Made by a program: the position numbers and the translations under genes. From Planctomycetota bacterium (GTDB lineage Bacteria > Planctomycetota > B15-G4 > JADJEK01): 64,000 bases of DNA. The notes below the pieces were generated by a model, which did not search any database, was not told where the DNA came from, and saw only the letters and a list, made by a program, of their open reading frames with translations. Positions 56,551-64,000 of this stretch are shown piece by piece. The stretch's first letter is position 1, and the number at the start of each line of letters is the position of its first letter. Where the stretch lies: NCBI GenBank assembly GCA_044225365.1, contig JBGAIQ010000012.1:64001-128000 (forward strand). The letters run 5' to 3'.

Positions 56551-58053
56551 ATGTCGAAATCACCGATCCTCGCCGCGAAGGGAATCGAGAAGCGCTACGC
56601 CGGCGTCCATGCATTGCGTGGTGTCGTGCTCGAATTGCAACCGGGAGAGGTTCTCGCGCTCGTCGGCGAGAACGGCGCAGGCAAGAGCACGCTGATGAAG
56701 ATCCTCGCGGGTGTCATTGCGCCCGATGCGGGAGAGATTCGAGTCGACGGTGACGCCGTCGAGTTCTCGAGCGTGAGCGACGCGCTCGCGAGCGGCATCG
56801 CCATCATCCATCAAGAACTGCAGCTCGCGGACAATCTCGACATCGCGGAGAACGTGTTCCTCGGGCGTGAACCGCGAAAAGGCCTCTTCCGCGACAAGTC
56901 CCGAATGGACCGTGAGGCGTCTCTCTGGCTGCGAAAGCTCGGCCTCGACATCGCACCCACCACTCGGGTGTCGACGCTGCCCATCGGGCATCAACAGATG
57001 GTCGAGATCGGCAAGGCGTTGTCGTGCGACGCGCGCGTGCTCATCATGGACGAGCCCACGTCGAGCCTCACGCTCCACGAGTCCGAGCAGCTGTTTCGCG
57101 TGGTCAAGGACCTGCGCGCCAAGGGTGTGTCGATCATCTACATCTCGCATCGCCTCGGCGAAGTGAAGGAACTCGCGGATCGGGTGGTCGTGCTGCGCGA
57201 TGGCGAGAACGCGGGAGAGCTCGCGAAGGACCAGATCTCGCACGACGCCATGGTGAAGGCGATGGTCGGTCGCGACGTCTCGCGATTGCGTTCCCGGGCG
57301 CCGATCGCCCGCGGCGGCGTCGTCCTCGCGGTCAAGGCGCTACGAACGGCTGCGAATCCGGATCACGAAGTCTCCCTCGAGCTGCACGCCGGCGAGATCG
57401 TCGGAATCGCGGGGCTCGTCGGAGCCGGGCGCAGCGAGTTGTTGAACGCGATCTTTGGCACCGAGGCCCGCGTCGCGGGCGAGGTCGTCATCGGCGAGAA
57501 AGTGTTGAACGCTTCCGGCGGGCCGCGCGCCTCGCGGGCGGAAGGGCTCGCGCTCGTCCCCGAGGATCGCAAACTCCAGGGCCTCGTCCTCGAAGATGCG
57601 ATCGGCGACAACCTCGCGCTCCCGAGTCTCGACTCCATCGCACGCCGGGGCTTTCGCGACCGCGCCGCCGAGGACGCCCTCGCGACGAAGGAGATCCGCG
57701 ATGTGGGGATCAAGGCGTCGTCGAAGCAGCAGCTCGCAGGGCAACTCTCCGGCGGCAACCAACAAAAGGTCGTCCTCGGCAAATGGCTCGCGCTCGCGCC
57801 GAAGGTGCTCCTCCTGGACGAGCCGACGCGTGGCGTCGACGTTGGAGCGAAGGCCGAGATCTACGCCCTCCTCGATCGACTCACGGCATCGGGAGTCGGG
57901 ATCCTCTTCGCGTCGAGCGAGATGGAGGAGGTCTTGCTGCTGGGCGATCGTGTGCTCGTGATGCACGAAGGCCGCCTCGCGGGCGAGGTCGACCGCGGAG
58001 GAATGACCGAAGAAGCGATCATGACCCTCGCGACCGGTGGCGGCGCTCGATGA
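56551..58053 (+). CDS. Sugar ABC transporter ATP-binding protein (RbsA-like, two NBDs)
   Basis: GENGAGKST, MDEPTSSL, YISHRL, VPEDRK, LSGGNQQKV and DEPTRGVDVGAK motifs. Start ATG 56551. Confidence 0.95.
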   Translation: MSKSPILAAKGIEKRYAGVHALRGVVLELQPGEVLALVGENGAGKSTLMKILAGVIAPDAGEIRVDGDAVEFSSVSDALASGIAIIHQELQLADNLDIAENVFLGREPRKGLFRDKSRMDREASLWLRKLGLDIAPTTRVSTLPIGHQQMVEIGKALSCDARVLIMDEPTSSLTLHESEQLFRVVKDLRAKGVSIIYISHRLGEVKELADRVVVLRDGENAGELAKDQISHDAMVKAMVGRDVSRLRSRAPIARGGVVLAVKALRTAANPDHEVSLELHAGEIVGIAGLVGAGRSELLNAIFGTEARVAGEVVIGEKVLNASGGPRASRAEGLALVPEDRKLQGLVLEDAIGDNLALPSLDSIARRGFRDRAAEDALATKEIRDVGIKASSKQQLAGQLSGGNQQKVVLGKWLALAPKVLLLDEPTRGVDVGAKAEIYALLDRLTASGVGILFASSEMEEVLLLGDRVLVMHEGRLAGEVDRGGMTEEAIMTLATGGGAR

Positions 58054-58071
58054 GATTCCAACCTCATCACA

Positions 58072-58202
58072 GGGACCGCCGGGCTCCAGCCCGGCTCTTT
58101 TCCTGCGATACGACAAACTGCCCCAGCACCGCATCGATCCGGAGCCGGGCTGGACCCGGCGCTCCCGCTGATGAGCAGCCCGGCTCGACGCCCGGCGTTC
58201 CC
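58072..58202. repeat. Inverted REP pair (REPIN-like) plus a degenerate third copy between ABC ATPase and permease genes
   Basis: GGGACC-GCCGGGCT-CC-AGCCCGGCTC (58072-58097), inverted GAGCCGGGCTGGACCCGGCGCTCCC (58142-58166), degenerate copy about 58178-58202. Confidence 0.8.
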
Positions 58203-58250
58203 TCGAATATCACATGATCGCGGATTCTTGGTTAGGTACGAAGCTTCGAC

Positions 58251-59222
58251 ATGAAGAAGATCCTCGGCATCCTCGGGCTCCTCATCGTCTGCTGTCTGCT
58301 CACAGCCGCGGCGACGGATCGCTTCCTCACGTACTACAACCTCGAGAACCTGCTGCGCCGCAGCGCGTTGTTCGGGATCCTCAGCATCGGCGCATCGTTC
58401 GTCATCATGACGAGCGGCATCGATCTTTCGATCGGGTCGGTCGTCTGTCTCGTCGGATGCCTCACGCCGTACTTGCTGATCGAGCAGGGGCTCTCCGTGC
58501 CGGCCGTCGTCGTGCTCATGATCCTGCTCTCGATCGGACTCGGCCTGCTGCACGGACTGCTCATCACGCGCCTTCGGCTCCAGCCGTTCGTCGTGACTCT
58601 CTGCGGCCTCCTCATGTATCGCGGCATCACGCGCGGGATCACGGCGGATCGGACACAGGGATTCCTCAACGAGTACACGACGCTGCGCTCGATCGGCAAC
58701 GGCCGGATCGACGTACCCGGCATCGAAGGCTTCTCGATCCCCGCACCGGTCTTCACGCTCGTCGTCGTCGCGGTGCTGGCGTCGATCTTCCTCAACAAGA
58801 CCGTGTGGGGACGATATCTCCTCGCCATCGGTCGCAACGAGACGGCGGCGCGATACTCCGGAGTGAATACCGCGGGAATGACGGTCCTCGCTTATGTGCT
58901 GTGCGCCCTGCTCTCGGGCATCGGCGGCATGCTCTTCGTGTTCGACGTCGGATCCGCGCAGCCTTCGGACTTCGGCAACTTCTACGAGCTCTACGCGATT
59001 GCCGCGGCGGTGCTCGGCGGCTGCTCGCTGCGCGGGGGCGAAGGCACGGTCATCGGCGTCGTGATCGGGGCGGCCGTGATGCAGGTGCTCCGCAATTCGA
59101 TCACGCTCATCGATGCGATCCCGGACAACGTGGAATTCGCCGTGATCGGAGCGGTGATCCTCGCCGGCGCGATCGTCGATGAGGTGGTGAAGCGGCTCAT
59201 GGCGAGACGACGGACGGCTTGA
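58251..59222 (+). CDS. Sugar ABC transporter permease (RbsC-like)
   Basis: GIDLSIGS, QPFVVTL, GRYLLAIGRNE.AA.YSG and YELYAIAAAVLGGCSL.GG.G motifs. Confidence 0.95.
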   Translation: MKKILGILGLLIVCCLLTAAATDRFLTYYNLENLLRRSALFGILSIGASFVIMTSGIDLSIGSVVCLVGCLTPYLLIEQGLSVPAVVVLMILLSIGLGLLHGLLITRLRLQPFVVTLCGLLMYRGITRGITADRTQGFLNEYTTLRSIGNGRIDVPGIEGFSIPAPVFTLVVVAVLASIFLNKTVWGRYLLAIGRNETAARYSGVNTAGMTVLAYVLCALLSGIGGMLFVFDVGSAQPSDFGNFYELYAIAAAVLGGCSLRGGEGTVIGVVIGAAVMQVLRNSITLIDAIPDNVEFAVIGAVILAGAIVDEVVKRLMARRRTA

Positions 59223-59244
59223 CCCCGAGGACAAGGAACCGGAC

Positions 59245-59649
59245 ATGACGGGCGATCTCGCACTCTCTCGCATCGCGCAGATCGCGATGAACGTGTACGA
59301 CCTCGACCGCGCGGTGCGTTTCTATCGCGACGTGCTCGGCTTGAAGTTCCTCTTCTCCGCGCCTCCGCAGCTCGCATTCTTCGATTGTGCGGGCGTTCGC
59401 CTCTTGCTCGACGTCTCCAAGGAGAAGGAATTCCAGCACCCGGGATCGATTCTGTACTTCGCTGCGGAAGAGATCGACGCGATGCATCGCGCCCTCGTCG
59501 CGCGGGGCGTCGTGTTTCGCCGGGATCCCCATCTCGTCGCGAAACTTCCGGATCGCGAAGTGTGGATGGCGTTCTTCTCGGACACCGAGGGCAACACCCT
59601 GGCGCTGATGTCGGAGCGGAAGGCGGGAGAGATCACTTCGCGGGTTTGA
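59245..59649 (+). CDS. VOC/glyoxalase family protein
   Basis: IAQIA.NV.DLDRAVRFYRDVLGL and MAFFSDTEGN motifs. Confidence 0.9.
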   Translation: MTGDLALSRIAQIAMNVYDLDRAVRFYRDVLGLKFLFSAPPQLAFFDCAGVRLLLDVSKEKEFQHPGSILYFAAEEIDAMHRALVARGVVFRRDPHLVAKLPDREVWMAFFSDTEGNTLALMSERKAGEITSRV

Positions 59650-60799
59650 ACGCCGACGCCCCAAAGGAACGCGCAGGGCTCGCCGGCGCGACGCGCAGAT
59701 CGCCCTTGCTCGGATCGCGGAAGTGTGGATCGAATCCGCCCGCTGGCTCTTTCTCCTCGACGGGCAATTTGGGCGCGCCGGCGAGCGGGTCGTCGTAGTC
59801 GAACCAGTAGTTTCGAGCGAACTCGAACGAATCGGCCGCGGTGTCGGGGCCGATGTTGACGATGTCGTGGACTTCGCTCCTTCGCAGAGCGACGAGGTTG
59901 TCGGTGAAGCGGCCGTTGCGGCAGGGGACGAATCCCGGCTGCTTCGTCTCCTGGAGGATTCGCAAGCACCATTTCGCGGGACGGTAGAACGTGTTGAAGG
60001 AGACGGTCGCGCCATCGACACCGACGAACGCAATCGGCGCCTCGGAGCCGACGAACGTGCTGCCTTCGACGATGATGTCCTTCGCTTCGTAATGCTCACC
60101 CTCGCCGAGCGCGGGCCGGAAGTACTCGAGTCCGGTCGACCCGCCGATATTGACCGCGCGCGTTCCGGCATATTCGAATCTGCATTGCGTGATGCGCACG
60201 TCGCGCGAGCCACCCTTCATCTGGATGCCGCTCGCCGCCGTGTCGATCGCTCGATCGAGGAGCGAGCAGTTTGCGATCACGCCGCGGTGGCAGCCGACCA
60301 TGTCGATCGCCGAGCCGCCGCGTCCCCAGCGCTCGATCGTGCATCCCTCGAGCAGGAAGTCGTCCACGCCCGACAGCTTGATTCCATCCTCGTTGCCGCG
60401 TTTGCCGCAATCGCGCACCGTCACGCGTCGCAACGTGACGTGATGCGAAGGCGTCTCCATCGTTCCGGCGTCGTCGATGTTGAGTCCGTTGGCGGGAGCG
60501 CCTTCGAAGACGAGTCCCACGAGTTCGATGTACTCGACGTCCGAAGCCTGCACCCCGCTCACGATCGTGGGCGGCGACTTCTCGTCGGCCGCTTCGACGA
60601 CGATCGGATGCTCGCTCGACCCCTTCACGTTCGCGACGAAGAAGCCCTCGTACCGACCGGGCGCGACCAGGATGCGCGCGCCGGGCTTCGCGTCCTTCAG
60701 CGCCGAGACCAGCGCCTCGGTCGTCGACACGGAAACGTCGCCGTCTCCTGGCGCCGTCAGGGACGAGTACAGGACGCCGGCGAGGAGGATGTCGATCAT
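59633..60799 (-). CDS. Secreted right-handed beta-helix repeat protein
   Basis: A.PG..I..APG.Y, GLNIDDAG, DGIKLSG, AIDMVGC, GIQMKGG and RAVNIGGSTG motifs. Confidence 0.8.
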   Translation of the reverse strand: MIDILLAGVLYSSLTAPGDGDVSVSTTEALVSALKDAKPGARILVAPGRYEGFFVANVKGSSEHPIVVEAADEKSPPTIVSGVQASDVEYIELVGLVFEGAPANGLNIDDAGTMETPSHHVTLRRVTVRDCGKRGNEDGIKLSGVDDFLLEGCTIERWGRGGSAIDMVGCHRGVIANCSLLDRAIDTAASGIQMKGGSRDVRITQCRFEYAGTRAVNIGGSTGLEYFRPALGEGEHYEAKDIIVEGSTFVGSEAPIAFVGVDGATVSFNTFYRPAKWCLRILQETKQPGFVPCRNGRFTDNLVALRRSEVHDIVNIGPDTAADSFEFARNYWFDYDDPLAGAPKLPVEEKEPAGGFDPHFRDPSKGDLRVAPASPARSFGASAFKPAK

Positions 60800-60879
60800 G
60801 CTTCGAGTCTACGCGAAACGAGGGATGCCGTGTTCGCGGCGGCTCCACCCGGTTCGTCGAATCGTGTAGGATTCGGCGC

Positions 60880-61302
60880 ATGGAAACGCGGAACTCGAAC
60901 TGGAACTTCGGATCGTGGTTCGGATCGCAATTCGGTCTCACGGTCTGGATGCTCGTCTTCTCGATGGTGCTGGTCGCGACCGACATCGCGAGCGCCGCGG
61001 TTGCGTTCGTCGCCTTCGTTGCGGCAAATGCGGTCGGCGTCCATCTCTGGCGACAGCGTGAGCAGCGCGATCACCTGTCGTCGTTGATGACCCTCGTGTT
61101 CGTTGCGGGAGTCGCGAGCGCGGTCACGTTCGTCACCGTCAGCGTTCGCGATGCCTGGCCGAAGGGCAGTCTCGCGGGTCTCATGAGCCTCCCCGCGAAT
61201 GGGTCGAGCGGCGCCACCTATCTTTGGCTGCTCGTGTATCCCGTCGTCGGCCTCGTGATGTACCTCGCGCTGAAGAAGCGCGGTCGCAGCGTCATTTCGT
61301 GA
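60880..61302 (+). CDS. Hypothetical 4-TM membrane protein
   Basis: 140 aa with four hydrophobic segments, fills the intergenic gap. Confidence 0.6.
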   Translation: METRNSNWNFGSWFGSQFGLTVWMLVFSMVLVATDIASAAVAFVAFVAANAVGVHLWRQREQRDHLSSLMTLVFVAGVASAVTFVTVSVRDAWPKGSLAGLMSLPANGSSGATYLWLLVYPVVGLVMYLALKKRGRSVIS

Positions 61303-64000
61303 AGACGGTCGTCGTCAGTACCGACGGCTGAACATCGATCGTCCGCTCGGCGAACGTCGACTTCTTCGCAGTGATTCGCAGCGTGTAGCGACCTGGAACG
61401 AGGTCGGGCTCGACGATGTTCTCGTAGCCGATCGAGATGAACTTACCGAGGATACGGCCGTATCCGCCGCCACCGATGATCACGATCGAGCGGTTCACGA
61501 TCACGTGATCGGAGGATTCGATCTCGAGCCCCGCCATCTCGAATTCGTCTTTCGAGTAGCCGTCGAAGCGAACGAGCAATCGCCCCGCGGGCGCCAGCGC
61601 GACTTCGTGGGTGAGAGGCGAGCCGGCGATCAGGGCGACCTCGAACTCCTCGGGCGCGTAGATGTTGCTCGCCTTCAGGCGTGTGGCGTCGTCGTCGCTC
61701 GCGATCTGGATCTTCCATCGGCCGGGGGAGAGTCCGTCGAGGACGATTCGCCGCTCGGTCCATCGCTTCTTGTCGTTGATCGGCTGGAGGGAAGGATCGT
61801 CGAGCGAAGTCATGACCACACGGACGGAGGGGTCGTCGTGGAGCATCGGCGAGGTCGTCGTGAGGACGAGTGTTGCGGTCTCGCCCGCGGAAGAGAAGTC
61901 GGCGACTCTTCGCGTTTGCTCGCCGCGCCCTTTCGCCGGAATGTCCATCTCGATCGATCGCCGGCCGGGCGAGTTCACGACGACATGCAAGTCCATCTCG
62001 GGCGTGCACAGGAAGCCGACCTCGCCGCCCGTCTCCAGGAAGCGATGCTCGAACCCGTTCTCTTCGACGACGAAGGAGACGCCGGGCAAGAGCGCGCCGT
62101 TGCGCTCGGCGACGAGCGTGACGAGTTGTGAACCGTCGTCGAGGACCACGTTCTTCGCGGGCGCCGTGACTTCCACGATCGCACTGCGCTGAAGCGGCAC
62201 GTAGCGACCGCCGACGTGCTCGACTGCGATCTCGTGTTTGCCGGGCTCGATCCCGACGAATTCGAAGCGGCCGTTCGCATCCGCCATGGCGGAACGGATC
62301 CTGCGTTCGAAGCGGTCGCCGATGCGATCGAGCGAATCGAAATTCGTGGGCGTCGCGCCCCTCGGCACAGAAGCACGCGGGTCCAAGACGATCGAGCTTC
62401 CTCGCGGCGAGATTCCCGCCGGCACCTTCAGGATCCCGGACAGACTCACGCCGCGTTTCTCCAGCGTGATCGTCCCGACGTCGATCGATTCCCCGCGCCT
62501 CGCGAATCCCGTCGCGACGGCCGCCGACAAGCGCGGATGCGACACCACGACGAGCACTTCGCCCTCGGCGTCGATCATCGTTTCGAATCGACCCGTGGAT
62601 TCGAGTCGCGTTTCCATGCACGCCTCGGCCTCGGGGCGATCGAACGCGGCCCTCTCGAAGATGCCGACCTGGAATTCCCAATCGCTATTAGGAGCGGGCA
62701 ACGCGACCTGCCCCGTCACGGTGGCGCCGAGCGTGGGAGTGAAATCGCGGTGGATCTCGATGCGCTCGTCGGGCGCACGCGTCTTGAAGGCCTCCTCGGG
62801 CAGCCAGCGCTCCGTCTTGGCGAAGACGAGCGGGTGACGCACGGTGACGTCGAGCCAGGGTCGCTTCGGTCGTTCGTCCTGTTCTTTCGTCGTCGGGACC
62901 GAGGCTTCGATCGAGCTGCCGACCGCGACGATCCTTATCGGCGGGGCCTCGAATCGCGAGGTGAGGTCGACGACGAACGAGCCGTCCGCTTCAACGGGCG
63001 CGTTCAGCGATGCCGTGCGATTCTCGAGCTGGATCGCGAGCTTCGCGGATTCGGGATGGTGCGCGCCGAGACCGAGGATGCGACCAACGAGATAGAACCC
63101 GGGAGGGCCGGAATTGCTTTCGCCGGTCGAAACGGTCGCGGGAACGGCGTCGCGTACTTGTTCGTCCGCGGCGGCGGGGCTCGACAGCAACGGTGCGTCC
63201 GTCGCGATCTGCGGCGGTGTCGGCGCGGTCGAGGAGGCGTTCGAAGGCGAGCCCGCCTCCCCGCGAGGGCGCAGCGCATTCGCCGTTCCGAGCACGACGA
63301 CGATCGCCGCCATCACCGCGATCCAGGTCTTCGCCGACATGAGTCCTCCGATCGCGAGCAGGCTCGCGCCGCCGAACAGGAGTTTCGCCTTCGCCACTCG
63401 CGTCGCCTCGTCGAGCACCGCGGCCTTCATCGCGGCGTGACCGCGGGATGGCCATGCGAGCACGAGCGCACCTCCGAGCGACGGAGGGAGCGCCGCTCGC
63501 AACAGGTCGAGTCCGCGGTGGAGTTGGATGCGAACCGTTCCCGGCGAGCGCGAGAGATCGGTGGCGACGTCTCCCGGCTTCATGCCATCGAGGACGACGC
63601 GGCGCACGACTTCGCGATAGAGCTCGGGAAGGCCGACGATGGCGGAGGAGATCGCGACGCGAGCCTCGTCCGCCATCGCGGCCCGTTCGGGATTCGGCGC
63701 GCTCGAAATGGACTCGAGTTCTGCGTGATGCGCTCGGCCCGAACGAGCGGCATCGCGACGCGCCTTGCTTCCCTGTTTCGCGAGGATTCCGAGGAGCCAC
63801 GGCATCAGCGGTCGATTCACATCGAAGCGCCGAGCATTCGTCAACGCCGCAACGAAGGTCGCCTGGACCAGGTCCTCCGCGGAGGCGATGTCCCCGACGA
63901 GTCGCGTCGCGACGCGCATCATCTCCGGCGCGGCACGATCGAAGAGCGCCTCGAAGGCGGCGATATCGCCGTCGTCGACGAAGCGGCGAAAGAGAATGGC
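61292..64000 (-). CDS. Second ECF sigma factor-TM-carboxypeptidase-regulatory-like fusion (5' end outside window)
   Basis: Frame is open to the window edge: FRRFVDDGDIAAFEALFD, AEDLVQATF, PWLLGI, LPELYREVV...GTVRIQLHRGL, then TM and beta-sandwich repeats. Confidence 0.88.
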   Translation of the reverse strand, partial: AILFRRFVDDGDIAAFEALFDRAAPEMMRVATRLVGDIASAEDLVQATFVAALTNARRFDVNRPLMPWLLGILAKQGSKARRDAARSGRAHHAELESISSAPNPERAAMADEARVAISSAIVGLPELYREVVRRVVLDGMKPGDVATDLSRSPGTVRIQLHRGLDLLRAALPPSLGGALVLAWPSRGHAAMKAAVLDEATRVAKAKLLFGGASLLAIGGLMSAKTWIAVMAAIVVVLGTANALRPRGEAGSPSNASSTAPTPPQIATDAPLLSSPAAADEQVRDAVPATVSTGESNSGPPGFYLVGRILGLGAHHPESAKLAIQLENRTASLNAPVEADGSFVVDLTSRFEAPPIRIVAVGSSIEASVPTTKEQDERPKRPWLDVTVRHPLVFAKTERWLPEEAFKTRAPDERIEIHRDFTPTLGATVTGQVALPAPNSDWEFQVGIFERAAFDRPEAEACMETRLESTGRFETMIDAEGEVLVVVSHPRLSAAVATGFARRGESIDVGTITLEKRGVSLSGILKVPAGISPRGSSIVLDPRASVPRGATPTNFDSLDRIGDRFERRIRSAMADANGRFEFVGIEPGKHEIAVEHVGGRYVPLQRSAIVEVTAPAKNVVLDDGSQLVTLVAERNGALLPGVSFVVEENGFEHRFLETGGEVGFLCTPEMDLHVVVNSPGRRSIEMDIPAKGRGEQTRRVADFSSAGETATLVLTTTSPMLHDDPSVRVVMTSLDDPSLQPINDKKRWTERRIVLDGLSPGRWKIQIASDDDATRLKASNIYAPEEFEVALIAGSPLTHEVALAPAGRLLVRFDGYSKDEFEMAGLEIESSDHVIVNRSIVIIGGGGYGRILGKFISIGYENIVEPDLVPGRYTLRITAKKSTFAERTIDVQPSVLTTTVFTK

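Noticed and set aside
1-64000. tRNA, rRNA, integrase or prophage genes
   Set aside because: None recognised by eye. Intergenic gaps are short and lack cloverleaf or rRNA signatures, though small ncRNAs cannot be excluded without a covariance search.

Overview
High-GC (roughly two-thirds G+C), gene-dense bacterial DNA. The gene content (membrane-anchored ECF sigma fusions, FG-GAP proteins, beta-helix proteins, this secretin/TPR pair) suggests Planctomycetota, which is inference only. The main feature is a ~19 kb Tad/Flp (type IVc) pilus locus at 4567-23694 with unusual architecture. It has two intact CpaF/TadA ATPases (one with an N-terminal FHA domain), a membrane FHA protein, and a co-transcribed transmembrane Ser/Thr kinase carrying six extracytoplasmic helical repeats. 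Its secretin is PilQ/GspD-type rather than RcpA-type, its two Flp pilins have an E-W motif, and no CpaE/TadZ is recognisable. A REP-associated tyrosine transposase (RAYT) at 43885-44550 sits in an array of GGACC-headed palindromes, with related copies at 4494 and 58073 showing compensatory stem changes. Also present: HDAC-family deacetylase, nadE, xth, GH51, two ECF sigma-TM-carboxypeptidase-regulatory-domain fusions, a hybrid histidine kinase, an orphan adenine methyltransferase, an L,D-transpeptidase, an M28 peptidase, a frameshifted glycoside hydrolase, and a sugar ABC gene set interrupted by two antisense beta-helix paralogs. I saw no rRNA, tRNA or CRISPR. All calls come from motif reading without database searches, and several start codons are re-assigned from the ORF track by eye.
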